Shown here in pieces: positions 37,564 to 47,114 of a stretch of 64,000 nt of DNA. Source of the stretch: an uncultured Acidobacteriota bacterium. Its GTDB lineage: Bacteria; Acidobacteriota; Thermoanaerobaculia; Multivoradales; SZUA-115. The notes under the pieces are model-generated. The model saw only the letters and a list, made by a program, of their open reading frames with translations. It did no database searches and was not told the origin of the DNA. Made by a program: the position numbers and the translations under genes. The stretch's first letter is position 1. Every line of letters begins with the position of its first letter. Where the stretch lies: assembly GCA_963805975.1 (NCBI GenBank), contig CAWDVR010000001.1, forward strand, positions 64,001-128,000, given 5' to 3'.

Positions 37564-39651
37564 ATGCGATCAGGCATCGCTCGCTTCGCCTTCACCGCGT
37601 GCGCTTCTCTGTGGCTGCCGCTCAGCGCCCAGGCAGCCCTCGTCCCGGACAGCCTCGAGGAAACGATGCTGGTCGAGTTTTCCTCGTCCGGACCGGTGGC
37701 CATTTCGACTACCGAGGGGGACGTGTTGGTCCTCGTCCTGCGCCACGCCGCTCCCTACGACTTCGTCCCCCGCATCAATGGCTTGATCACCGATGCGGAG
37801 GGCGCCCAGATCGGGTCCCTGTCGATCGTCCTCCCGTCGGTGGTCCTCAGCGGGTCCCAGCAAGGGGCGGGCAAGGCTGGAAGTTCTTTCCTGCGCTTCG
37901 GTGCGGCGGGCGGCAGCAACGGCCACTTCCTCCTGGCGTGGACGGAGACGGAGGGCTTCGGCGCCGGCAATCACGTGGTGGCGCGATTCTTCGACCGCCG
38001 CGGCGCTCCGGTGGAGGAGAGCGTCGTGCTGACCGGGCCGAGCACGACCGAGGAGCGGCTGGCGCCCGCCGTGGCTTGCAACGCGATCGCCCGCTGCGTC
38101 GTGAGCTGGATCGCACGCAACGTGGCGACCCAGGAGGTGGCGATCGAGGGCCGGGTGCTCGACTCGCTCTCCCACCCCGACCAGGAGTCGTTTCGCGTCC
38201 CGCTGCCCACTGGGAGCGCGGGTGGTCACGCGCTCGCCGTGGCCTCGGCAGGCCACTTCGCGGTGCTCGCACCAGGTCGGCGGCCGACGGTGAGCCTCTT
38301 TGCCGGCACCGGCGCGCCGCTCGCCGCGGCGCTGCCGCTGGAAGGCCCGAGCCCGTCGGCTCCGGAAGTGCCGCAGGCGGCGGCGGTGGGAGCGTTCGAC
38401 GAGGCCGGCAACCTGACGGCGGTCTTTCCCTGGCAGGCCGAGGCAGGAAGCGAGCCGTCCCTCTTCGCCCGTCGCTTCTCCCCGACCGGTCAGGCGGTGG
38501 GCGAGATCGTGCAGGTGAACGAGAGCGGGCAGCCGCGGCTGCCCTCGATCGCGTGGCACCGGAAGGCGGGCCTCTTCACCGTGGCCTGGCTCGGCGGCGC
38601 GAACCGCGTTCTGGCCCGGGCTTTGGACACCGAGGCCCTGCCGGCGAGCGCCGAGCTATTGGTGAAGGACATCACGGCCCAGGAGCTGCTCGTCCTCCAG
38701 CGTACCGATCTCGCTCCCACCGCTTCCTCCCGCATGGCGATCTACTGGGCCGACACGGTCCCGTTGTACCCGGCGCCGACCGTGGTCCACCGGCGGCTCT
38801 ATCGTCTCGGCGCCGAGTCCTGCGCCGCGGAGGCGCAGGGCCCGGGCCGGCCGCGATGCGTGCAGTTCGGCCCCGAGGGCCGCTTCCAGGTGACCGCCGC
38901 CTTTCGCGGAGACGCCGGGCGTTCCGCCCCCGCCCGCCTCGAGGCGCTGACCAGCAATGCCGCCTTCCTCTTCTTCCGCGGCGAGGAGAACCCCGAGGTG
39001 GTCACCAAGATCCTCGACGGGCGGCCGATCAACAGCAGCTTCTGGTACTTCTCCGGCGCCATGTCGAACCAGGAGTACGAGGTCACGGCCTTCGACACCG
39101 AGACCGGGCGCGTGGCCTCCTACTACAACCCGGCGGGCACCCTCCGCAGCCTGGCCGACACCTCGACCTTCGTCGACCAGCCGCTCACGGAGGCCGCGGC
39201 CGCAGAGCCCGTCACCTCGGAGCTGCTGTGGCTCGGCACCCCGGAGCGCGGCGTCCCGGACACACGGCGCTCGCTCTCCACCTCGCTGTCCACCAAGGCC
39301 GCGACGGGAACCGGCTGCCTGATCCCGACCCCGACCTCGCTGTGCCTCAACCAGGCCCGCTTCCGCGTCGAGGTGCAGTGGACGGACTTTGCCGGCAACA
39401 CCGGCCAGGCGACCGCGGTGCAGACCACGGCCGACGGCGGCTACTTCTGGTTCTTCAACCCGAACAACGTGGAGCTGGCGCTCAAGATCCTGGACGGCCA
39501 GCTCGTGAACGACAAGTTCTGGGTCTTCTACGCCGCGCTCTCCAACGTGCGCTTCGTGGTGCGGATCTACGACGAGGGCGGCAACCTGGTGAAGGTCTAC
39601 CGCAACCCGTTCGGCAACCTGGCGAGCGTGGCGGACACCCAGGCGTTCTAG
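37564..39651 (+). CDS. Secreted protein with two tandem copies of the conserved C-terminal domain
   Basis: RBS AGGAGG; signal peptide AQA; beta-rich ARxF repeats; domain copies at 38821-39171 and 39316-39651. Confidence 0.8.
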   Translation: MRSGIARFAFTACASLWLPLSAQAALVPDSLEETMLVEFSSSGPVAISTTEGDVLVLVLRHAAPYDFVPRINGLITDAEGAQIGSLSIVLPSVVLSGSQQGAGKAGSSFLRFGAAGGSNGHFLLAWTETEGFGAGNHVVARFFDRRGAPVEESVVLTGPSTTEERLAPAVACNAIARCVVSWIARNVATQEVAIEGRVLDSLSHPDQESFRVPLPTGSAGGHALAVASAGHFAVLAPGRRPTVSLFAGTGAPLAAALPLEGPSPSAPEVPQAAAVGAFDEAGNLTAVFPWQAEAGSEPSLFARRFSPTGQAVGEIVQVNESGQPRLPSIAWHRKAGLFTVAWLGGANRVLARALDTEALPASAELLVKDITAQELLVLQRTDLAPTASSRMAIYWADTVPLYPAPTVVHRRLYRLGAESCAAEAQGPGRPRCVQFGPEGRFQVTAAFRGDAGRSAPARLEALTSNAAFLFFRGEENPEVVTKILDGRPINSSFWYFSGAMSNQEYEVTAFDTETGRVASYYNPAGTLRSLADTSTFVDQPLTEAAAAEPVTSELLWLGTPERGVPDTRRSLSTSLSTKAATGTGCLIPTPTSLCLNQARFRVEVQWTDFAGNTGQATAVQTTADGGYFWFFNPNNVELALKILDGQLVNDKFWVFYAALSNVRFVVRIYDEGGNLVKVYRNPFGNLASVADTQAF

Positions 39652-42600
39652 AACGACCCGAAATCCGCGAACCCGGTCAGCTCGCCCTCCGGCTTCTCGT
39701 AGATCCTCTGCGTTCCGGTCACGGTGTCGGTCACCATGATCGTCGCGGCACGGTGGGTGAGGGTGGTGCCGAGGAGCCAGAAGCGGCCGTCGATCGCCCG
39801 AGCGTCGAGGATCTTGAGCGCCACGTCGGCGTTGACGCCGGGAGCGAGGGCGAAGGCGCCGGCGAGGTCGCTCCACGGGAGCACAGTGGCGGCCGGAGCC
39901 GGCCTCCCGGTGCTGACCTCGACGCGGAAGCGCCCGCCGTGCAGGCAGAGCACTCCCGGGCCCGGCTGGCAGGGAGGGGCCGGGGTGAGGGCGGGTGTCA
40001 GTGGCGGTAGGGCGCGGCCCGCGGGGAGCTGCGCGCTTTCCTCGATCACCAGCGCCGCCGCCTCGGCCGGCGGCAGGCCCGCGGTGGGGAAGGCTTCGAG
40101 GTCCGCGAAGTGCGTTTGCTGGAAGAGAAGGTTGGACCAGCGCCGTGCCCCGCCCGTCCGGCCGTCGCGGAGGGTGAGCTCCCACGTGGCATCGGTCAGC
40201 GAGCCGGCGAACGCCCACAGGTGGCCGTTGACGGCGCTGCCGTCCAGGCCCTTGACGATCACTTCGAGGCTCTCGGGCCGCGCGAACGAGAAGCCGCCCG
40301 AGTCCGTGGAAAGGGCCCGCGCCGGCGTGAGGTGAGGGATGCCACGGCTGTCGCGCCGGGCGAGGGTCGCCTGCAAGCGGCCTCCGGCCAGGCAGAGAGA
40401 ATAGGGCGTGGGCGCGCACTCCTGGGCCACGGGCAGCCGCCACGGCTCGCGGCCGAAGAGGCCGTCGTCGGCGGAGAAGTAGAGATCGGAGCCGAAGGCG
40501 GTCAGCTCGCGCGGCTCAGACGAGGCCGCGCCGGGAGCCAGGTCCGCGGCCAAGTGTGTGCCGGCCTCCGTGCCGTCGCTCTCCCACAGCTCCCATCCCC
40601 GCTCCGGGTCGACCACCGGGAAGAACACCCGGCCGCCGGCCGCCTCGAGCGTCGCCTGGTAGGTGAAGACCTGGCCGAGAGGCGAAGCCAGGGACCGCGT
40701 GCCCGTGGGAGTGCCGTCGCTCACCCACAGCCGGCTGGTGGTGAACGACGCCGTGGTGAGCAGGAAGAGCCTGTCGCCCACCACCACGGGTGGCACGATG
40801 TCGTCGAAGACCGTGATCTCGAGCGATCCCAGGCGCTCGGTGCCGGCCGGCGTGCCGTCGGTGTGCCAGAGCTCGCGCTCGTTGCCGTCGCCGACGGCGG
40901 CCACGAAGAACAGGCCGTCCGGGCTCGCGGCGAGATCGCTCGCCGGCACGGCGAAGAGGAGCTGCGGGCGGAGCACGACCTCTTCGGTGCCTTCCGGCGT
41001 GCCGTCCGTGCGCCACAGGCCGAGCGAGAGCTGCGGCCGTGCGGTGAGGAAGTAGACCTTGCCGAGCGCCTCGACCGGGGGCTCGTCGGGCGGCGCGACG
41101 AAGTCCGGCATGCGGTAGAGGAGATGGGTGCCGGCCGCCGTGCCGTCGCTCGACCAGAAGGCGATGCCGTCCGAGTCCGAGGCCCAGAAGTAGAGCCGGC
41201 CCGCCACCGAGAAGAGCTCGTAGACCGCGAGCGGCTGCGGCAGCGCGTCGGTCGGGAGAGTACCGGCCGCCGTGCCGTCCGAGAGCCAGAGCCGCTCGTA
41301 GTAGCCGTTGCCTTCCAGCCTCTCGAGCACCATGAAGGCTGCCTTGCCGCCCAGCTCCGCCACGTTCGAGAACACGATCGGGAAGCTGGTCGGCCGCCAG
41401 TCGAAGTTGGTCAGGTTGGTGGTGCCCTCAACCGTGCCGTCGCTCACCCACAGGTCGAGGTTGGCGAGGTAGGCACGGCCGCCCACAGCGGCGAGCAAGC
41501 GGTCGTCGGTGTTGGGGTTGCCGAAGTTGGCGCAGTCGTTCCCGAGGTCGAGGAGGGCCGAGGCTTCCTCGCCGGTCGCGCTGAAAAGAGTGGCCCTGGT
41601 GCCGTCGCAGCCCGCAAAGAACAGCTTGCCGCCAGCCACCGTCAGGTCGGTGGGGTTGCTCCCGGCGGGAGAGCTCTGTGCGATGTCGGTGACCGGCGCC
41701 ACAGTGCCCCGCGGCAGGGTCGCCACCCAGAGCTCGGCCGGGCTCTCGGCGCTGCTGGCGAAGAAGAGCAGCCGGCGGCCCAGCCTGGCGAAGGGGCGAG
41801 GGAGGACGTTCATGAGCACGAGATCGGTCTCGACGAGGAGCTCGGTGCCGGTGGGGGTGCCGTCGGTCGAGTAGAGGGCGAAACCGCCGCCGGTCGGCTG
41901 CTCGAGGATGGCGGCCCGGCCGCCGACCGTGGTGAAGAGAAATGAGCCGTCGCAAGTGCCTGGACAGAGGTCGGCGAGGGCCTCCGTGCCGGTCTCGGTG
42001 CCGTCGCTCGCCCACGGCTCGGCACCGTTGCCCGGCTCCCGGCCGGTGAAGAAGAGCTTGCCGTCCTGGGCCGGTCCCGGCTGCGCAAAGCCGGAGCAGG
42101 GGCCGGGGCAGAGGTCGGCCACCAGGGCGGTCGAGGCCGGTGTGCCGGCCGAGCGCCAGAGCTCCAGGCCGTGCTCGCCATCGTCGGCGGCGAAGAGGAC
42201 GCTCGATCCGGCCGCCGCGATCGCCACCGAGCCGTACTCGTCGTAGGCGAACGGGTCCCCGGGCGCGAGGTTGGTCAGTCGCAGGGTGCCGCGGCCGGTG
42301 CCGTCGCTCACCCACAGCTCGCGGTCGTGCTCGTCGCCGGCCACGAAGTAGAGCCGCCCGCCCGCCACTGTCGGCTGCACGGCGCCGTTGCTGAAGGGCT
42401 GCGCGGCGGAAAAGTCGGTGAGCGGGAAGGTGCCGGCGGCCGTGCCGTCGCTTCCCCAGAGCTCCTCGCCGCGGCGCGTCTCGGCGGCGAAGAGCAGCCG
42501 CCGAGCGGCGGGCAGCAGGAAGACCTCGAGCGCGGCGCTCTCGAGGTCGGCGACCTTTTCCGTGCCCGCGGCGGAGCGGCCGTCGGAGGCCCAGAGGCTG

Positions 42601-43241
42601 AGGTAGACCCCCGGCTCGTCCTCGCCACGCTCTGCGACCAGAAAGAAGAGCCGGCCGCGGAACACCACCGGCCCGACCGTGAAGTGGCCGGCGCCCACGT
42701 GGGCGACCTCGCGGGTGCCGGCCGGCGTGCCATCCGTGCGCCAGAGGCTGGTGGCGCTGGGTGGGAAGTAGTACTTCGCTCTCGTTGGATCCGGCGTCGC
42801 AAAGAAGTAGTGGGCCCCGTTGAAGGGAACAAAGGTCCGGCCGAGCGAGCCTACCCCGGGCGGCAGCAGGCGGTCCGCGCGACCCGTGAGATCCACCCTC
42901 CAGAGGGCGGGCCGTGGCTCCTGGAAGTCGGTCGCCGCGAGGACCACCAAGCCGCCCGCCGTCTCCCCCAGGATGGCGGTCACGGCGTCGAGGCCCTCGG
43001 CCAGCCGGCGCGTGCCGGAGGGCGTGCCGTCGCTCGCCCACAGCGTGCGACCCCGGCCGGCCTCGAGCACCGTGAAGACCGCCTGGCCGCCGAAGACGGT
43101 GAGATCCTCCGCCTGCGGGCCGTTCGAGTAGGCGAGGTTGGGGTTGAGGTCGCCGACCAGGAGCGGTGCCCCGGCGCCCGCCGGCAGCGGCAGGAAGGCG
43201 AGGGTCAGCAGCAGGACGAACGCGCGGGGAAGGGATCGCAT
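39648..43241 (-). CDS. ELWxxDGT-repeat secreted protein with two copies of the conserved C-terminal domain
   Basis: More than ten LWxSDGTxxGT repeats; signal peptide; domain copies at 40089-40418 and 39648-39971. Confidence 0.88.
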   Translation of the reverse strand: MRSLPRAFVLLLTLAFLPLPAGAGAPLLVGDLNPNLAYSNGPQAEDLTVFGGQAVFTVLEAGRGRTLWASDGTPSGTRRLAEGLDAVTAILGETAGGLVVLAATDFQEPRPALWRVDLTGRADRLLPPGVGSLGRTFVPFNGAHYFFATPDPTRAKYYFPPSATSLWRTDGTPAGTREVAHVGAGHFTVGPVVFRGRLFFLVAERGEDEPGVYLSLWASDGRSAAGTEKVADLESAALEVFLLPAARRLLFAAETRRGEELWGSDGTAAGTFPLTDFSAAQPFSNGAVQPTVAGGRLYFVAGDEHDRELWVSDGTGRGTLRLTNLAPGDPFAYDEYGSVAIAAAGSSVLFAADDGEHGLELWRSAGTPASTALVADLCPGPCSGFAQPGPAQDGKLFFTGREPGNGAEPWASDGTETGTEALADLCPGTCDGSFLFTTVGGRAAILEQPTGGGFALYSTDGTPTGTELLVETDLVLMNVLPRPFARLGRRLLFFASSAESPAELWVATLPRGTVAPVTDIAQSSPAGSNPTDLTVAGGKLFFAGCDGTRATLFSATGEEASALLDLGNDCANFGNPNTDDRLLAAVGGRAYLANLDLWVSDGTVEGTTNLTNFDWRPTSFPIVFSNVAELGGKAAFMVLERLEGNGYYERLWLSDGTAAGTLPTDALPQPLAVYELFSVAGRLYFWASDSDGIAFWSSDGTAAGTHLLYRMPDFVAPPDEPPVEALGKVYFLTARPQLSLGLWRTDGTPEGTEEVVLRPQLLFAVPASDLAASPDGLFFVAAVGDGNERELWHTDGTPAGTERLGSLEITVFDDIVPPVVVGDRLFLLTTASFTTSRLWVSDGTPTGTRSLASPLGQVFTYQATLEAAGGRVFFPVVDPERGWELWESDGTEAGTHLAADLAPGAASSEPRELTAFGSDLYFSADDGLFGREPWRLPVAQECAPTPYSLCLAGGRLQATLARRDSRGIPHLTPARALSTDSGGFSFARPESLEVIVKGLDGSAVNGHLWAFAGSLTDATWELTLRDGRTGGARRWSNLLFQQTHFADLEAFPTAGLPPAEAAALVIEESAQLPAGRALPPLTPALTPAPPCQPGPGVLCLHGGRFRVEVSTGRPAPAATVLPWSDLAGAFALAPGVNADVALKILDARAIDGRFWLLGTTLTHRAATIMVTDTVTGTQRIYEKPEGELTGFADFGSF

Positions 43242-43311
43242 CTCGAGTCTCCTCGGTCGGTGCCCGGGCGGGCGCTCTGAGGAGAGACGCGCGCTGCCGC
43301 CCGGTTCCTGA

Positions 43312-44562
43312 TCAGCCGGCCGCCGGTTCCGGCCTCAACCCGCGTGTGACCCACCAGGCGAGAGCCAGGGAGCAGGCGACGAGGACCGCCGACAGCAGAA
43401 AGGCGGCGCCGGGCAGGTGGAGACCCGCCCCCGGCCGGATGCCGGCGGCGAACGCGGTGGTGAAGAGGGCCGGTCCGAAGAGGCCGGCGATCCCCCGCAG
43501 GCTGCCGATCGCCCCCTGGAGCCGGCCCTGCTCCGCGGGGCTCACCCGCCGCGTCATCAGGCTCTGCGCGGCCGGCGCCGACAGGCCCCAGAGCGTCGCC
43601 AGCGGCACCCCGACCCAGAACAGGCCGCCGGTGGTGGCGAGGCCGTAGACCGCGAAGCCGGCGGCGCCGAAGGCAAGGCCGGCCAGGAGCGCGCGGCGCT
43701 CCCCGAACCGCCGGACGATCGGACCCATGAGCGTGGCCTGCACCAGCCCGTAGCAAAGTCCGAAGACCGCCAGCGTCAGGCCCACGGTGCGCAGGCTCCA
43801 GCCGTAGCGGTAGGTGGTGTAGAGCACGAAGGTGCTGGGCAGCGCCTCGTGCGCGAGATAGCCCAGCCAGTTGCTCGACGCCAGTCCGAGGAGCGTCGGA
43901 TGCGAGCGCAGCAGCGTGAGCGAGCCCACCGGGTTGGCCCGCCGCCAGGCGAAGGGTGCGCGGCGCTCCGGCGGCAGCGACTCCGGCAGCACGAAGAGGC
44001 CGTAGAGCGCGTTGCCGAGGGAGAGGGCTGCCGCCACCCAGAAGGGCAGCCGCGGGTCGACCTCTCCGAGCAGGCCGCCGAGCGCCGGTCCGACGATGAA
44101 GCCGACCCCGAAGGCCGCGCCGAGCATGCCGAAGCCGGCGGCGCGCTTCTCGGGCGGGGTCACGTCGGCGATGTAGGCGGAGGCGGTGGGGATGCTCGCC
44201 GAGGTGATGCCGGAGATCACGCGGCCCACGAAGAGCCAGGCGAGCGACGGCGCGAGCGCCATCAGCACGTAGTCGAGGCCCAGGCCGAGGTTCGAGAGCA
44301 GCACCACCGGCCGCCGGCCGAAGCGGTCCGAGAGCGCGCCGGCGACCGGCGAGGCCAGGAACTGCATCACCGCCCAGACCGTGCCGAAGAGGCCGAAGAC
44401 CTGGGCCGCCCGCACCGTGTCCCCGCCTTCGAAGCTTTCGACCAGCTTGGGCAGCACGGTGGCGGCCATGCCCAGCGTCATCATGTCGAGCATCACGGTG
44501 ACGAAGATGAAAGCCACCGCGGCTCGGCGCGGGCCTCGCCGGCCCGAAAGATCGATTTGCAT
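43312..44562 (-). CDS. TCR/Tet family MFS transporter
   Basis: [12 protein letters not shown] motif [18 protein letters not shown] motif C, LPESL. Confidence 0.92.
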   Translation of the reverse strand: MQIDLSGRRGPRRAAVAFIFVTVMLDMMTLGMAATVLPKLVESFEGGDTVRAAQVFGLFGTVWAVMQFLASPVAGALSDRFGRRPVVLLSNLGLGLDYVLMALAPSLAWLFVGRVISGITSASIPTASAYIADVTPPEKRAAGFGMLGAAFGVGFIVGPALGGLLGEVDPRLPFWVAAALSLGNALYGLFVLPESLPPERRAPFAWRRANPVGSLTLLRSHPTLLGLASSNWLGYLAHEALPSTFVLYTTYRYGWSLRTVGLTLAVFGLCYGLVQATLMGPIVRRFGERRALLAGLAFGAAGFAVYGLATTGGLFWVGVPLATLWGLSAPAAQSLMTRRVSPAEQGRLQGAIGSLRGIAGLFGPALFTTAFAAGIRPGAGLHLPGAAFLLSAVLVACSLALAWWVTRGLRPEPAAG

Positions 44563-44653
44563 GACGGAGCTCGCGGCCGGTTGACGCTTCTAGGTATGGA
44601 AGGAAGCTTACCGGATACCCGTCACTCCAGCTTTTTCTCGACGAGCGCACCAG

Positions 44654-45481
44654 ATGCCAACCACCGACAGCCGTAGAAAGAGTGTGAAGGCCTTGGGGCA
44701 GAGCCCGCTGACGCTCACCAAGTGGTACTTCGACTGCGTGGCGGAGAACGGCCGCGTGGCGATCGGCGACTGGGCCTCGCTCGCCTGGCGGGGCCTCGAG
44801 GTCACCTGGCAGAGCCTCGCCCTTCATTCACTGGACCAGCCGCCTGCCAACCGATCGAGCCTCGTACCGGCGCCGCCGCCGCAGGTCGCGGCCGGGGAGA
44901 TCCGCTGGGGCGCCCCGGCGTTGGGCTCGGCGATCGAGGTCGAGCCCCGGCAGGCGCCGATCGAGTCGCGCCTGATCGACGACGGCACGGGCGTCGTCGA
45001 ATGGCGGTCCGAGGCACCGGCAGCCAGGGTCTCGGTGGAGATCGACGGCGCCCAGCGCCTGGAGGGCGCGGGCTGCGCCGAGCGGATCCGCATCACCGTG
45101 CCGCCCTGGCGCCTCCCCATCCGCGAGCTGCGCTGGGGCCGCTGGCTCGACCCGGCCGCCAGCCGCTCCGTGGTCTGGATCGACTGGCGCGGCGGAGCGA
45201 TGCGCACCTGGGCGTTCGTGGACGGAACCCGGGTCCCCGCCGTGGTGTCGGACCGTTCCGTGTGCTCTCCGGGTATGAGCCTGATGCTGGGAGAGCGCCG
45301 CACCCTCCAGTCACAGGCGTTGTCGGAGGTCGTCGCCACGATCCCGCCCCTCCAAGCCGCGATGCCCAAGTCCCTCCTCGCGCTCCGCCAGACCCGCTGG
45401 CTCACCCAGGGCACGCTCCGGGTCGGGAACGAGGCGGCCCTCGCCGGCAGCGCCATCCACGAGGTCGTGGTCTTCCGATGA
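44654..45481 (+). CDS. Hypothetical protein
   Basis: Trp-rich ORF (LTKWYFDCV, PPWRLPIRELRWGRW, WIDWRG); start uncertain. Confidence 0.6.
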   Translation: MPTTDSRRKSVKALGQSPLTLTKWYFDCVAENGRVAIGDWASLAWRGLEVTWQSLALHSLDQPPANRSSLVPAPPPQVAAGEIRWGAPALGSAIEVEPRQAPIESRLIDDGTGVVEWRSEAPAARVSVEIDGAQRLEGAGCAERIRITVPPWRLPIRELRWGRWLDPAASRSVVWIDWRGGAMRTWAFVDGTRVPAVVSDRSVCSPGMSLMLGERRTLQSQALSEVVATIPPLQAAMPKSLLALRQTRWLTQGTLRVGNEAALAGSAIHEVVVFR

Positions 45482-45552
45482 ACCGCCGCCTCGCCACGGC
45501 GAGGCGCTCGTGGGGCTTGCACGGAGGAGCGATGAGCGCGCGGGATCGCGCC

Positions 45553-46929
45553 TCAGAACCGCGCCACCCCCGACAACGACAGGGTCGTGACCCGCTCCGA
45601 CAGGTCGGCCGCCACGTCGAGCTGGAAGCGCCGCACCACCAGCCCCACGCCCGCCGCCCAGTGCAGCTCGTCCTCGCCGGCCCGGAAGCGGGCGCGCAGG
45701 TTCTCGGCCGGGCCTTCGTAGCGCAGCTTGTGGTCCGGGTCGTGCCAGGCGCCCAGCCGTACCGACCACGGCAGCTTGGCGGTGAGGCCCTGGTACTCCA
45801 AGCCGAGATGCAGCTCGTCCGCGTCGTCGGTCACGAAACGGCCGGGGTCCGCCAGCGCGGCGCGCAGCAGGTTGACCAGCCGGTCGGACATCTCGGAGTA
45901 GCGGACGCGGTCCCAGTCGAAGGTGAGGAGCGCCGAGTCCGAGAGCCGATAGGCGACCCCTACCCCCCAGACGTCCGGCACGTGGTAGAGGCCCGCGCCG
46001 CCCAGCGCGGGGTCGATCTGGCCGGGCCGGTCGCTCGCCGGGCCGTCCGTGAAGGTGGCGAGGAAGTCGAGCTCCGGCCCCTGGCGGAAGACCCCGCCCA
46101 CGCTCCAGCGGCTGTCGATCTTCCACAGCACGCCGGCATTGAATCCGAAGGCGGTGTCGTCCCCCTGCTGCGTCTGGAGGTTGGTGACGTTGCCGGGCGA
46201 GAAGTCGGCCGGGCCGTAGAAGTTGCCGGTCAGCACGTCGACCAGCGGGTCCCCGGTGCGCTCGGCGCGCAGGAAGCGGCGGGTTTCGGAGTGGAGCTCA
46301 AAGTCGTAGTAGGAGAGCCCGAGCCCGAGCGACACCCGGTCGCCCAGGCGGTAGGCGGCGGAGAGACCGTAGCCGGCGATCTCGAGCGAGAGCTCGGACT
46401 CGGTGGGAAGGATGCGGTCGCGCGTGTTGCGCGGGCCGACGAAGGGGCCGTGGGTCTTGATCGAGGCCCGGAAGTCGGCGAGCTGGTGCCGGTAGGCGGC
46501 AAAGGCCCAGCGGCCGGTGGTGTGGACGTAGGAGAGGAACGAGACGCCCGCCGTGTCGTTCGCGAGCGAGCCTTCCTCGAGGCCGTCGACGGTGTCGGTC
46601 CCGATGCCCGTGAGCGCGGTCTCCGGCACATGGCCGCGGTCCGCGAACACGCTCTCGGAGCGCCGGGCCCGGGCCTCGAACGAGGCCTCCGGATCCACGA
46701 GCTGGGTCAGCCCGGCAGGGTTGGTGTAGGCGGCCGTGGCATCGTCCGCCGAGCCGAGAAAGGCGCCGCCCATCCCCAGGCTGCGGGCGCCGGGGGTCGA
46801 GAAGTTGAACTGGATGCCGGTCTGGATCTCGTCGTTCGACTGCCCGAGGGTGGGGCCGGCGGTGAGCGCGAGGGTCGCGGCCCAGGCGCCGAGCCAGGCT
46901 CTCCGCGAGAAGTCGGGGCGAAGCGTCAT
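45553..46929 (-). CDS. Outer-membrane beta-barrel, FadL/OmpP1/PorV-like
   Basis: Signal peptide; FNFSTPGARSLGMGGAF...DDATAAYTNPAGL; alternating beta-strands; terminal Phe. Confidence 0.85.
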   Translation of the reverse strand: MTLRPDFSRRAWLGAWAATLALTAGPTLGQSNDEIQTGIQFNFSTPGARSLGMGGAFLGSADDATAAYTNPAGLTQLVDPEASFEARARRSESVFADRGHVPETALTGIGTDTVDGLEEGSLANDTAGVSFLSYVHTTGRWAFAAYRHQLADFRASIKTHGPFVGPRNTRDRILPTESELSLEIAGYGLSAAYRLGDRVSLGLGLSYYDFELHSETRRFLRAERTGDPLVDVLTGNFYGPADFSPGNVTNLQTQQGDDTAFGFNAGVLWKIDSRWSVGGVFRQGPELDFLATFTDGPASDRPGQIDPALGGAGLYHVPDVWGVGVAYRLSDSALLTFDWDRVRYSEMSDRLVNLLRAALADPGRFVTDDADELHLGLEYQGLTAKLPWSVRLGAWHDPDHKLRYEGPAENLRARFRAGEDELHWAAGVGLVVRRFQLDVAADLSERVTTLSLSGVARF

Positions 46930-46956
46930 CGGGGATCGATCCGGGCTCACCCAGTA

Positions 46957-46986
46957 GTTGAATGCATTGGGCGGTTGAATGCATTG
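46957..46986. promoter_or_regulatory. 13-bp direct repeat GTTGAATGCATTG x2 in divergent intergenic region
   Basis: Exact copies at 46957-46969 and 46974-46986; each holds palindrome AATGCATT. Confidence 0.6.
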
Positions 46987-47114
46987 ACTGTATATCGTCT
47001 GCGTCCTCGCGCGAGGACCGTGCCGGGGCGAGAGCAGTGACCAGGCGGGCCTCCGGCACGGGCACACCGTTTGCTCGAGCGGCAAGGCAAAGACCCACTC
47101 CCAGGAGACCGTGC

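Noticed and set aside
43312-44562. Acquired tetracycline resistance gene
   Set aside because: Generic TCR/Tet-family MFS with host-like composition, no tetR or mobile context; substrate not inferable.
45478-45552. ATGA-coupled start after the 44654-45481 gene running into the barrel antisense
   Set aside because: Could be a gene remnant but too short to identify; may be chance.
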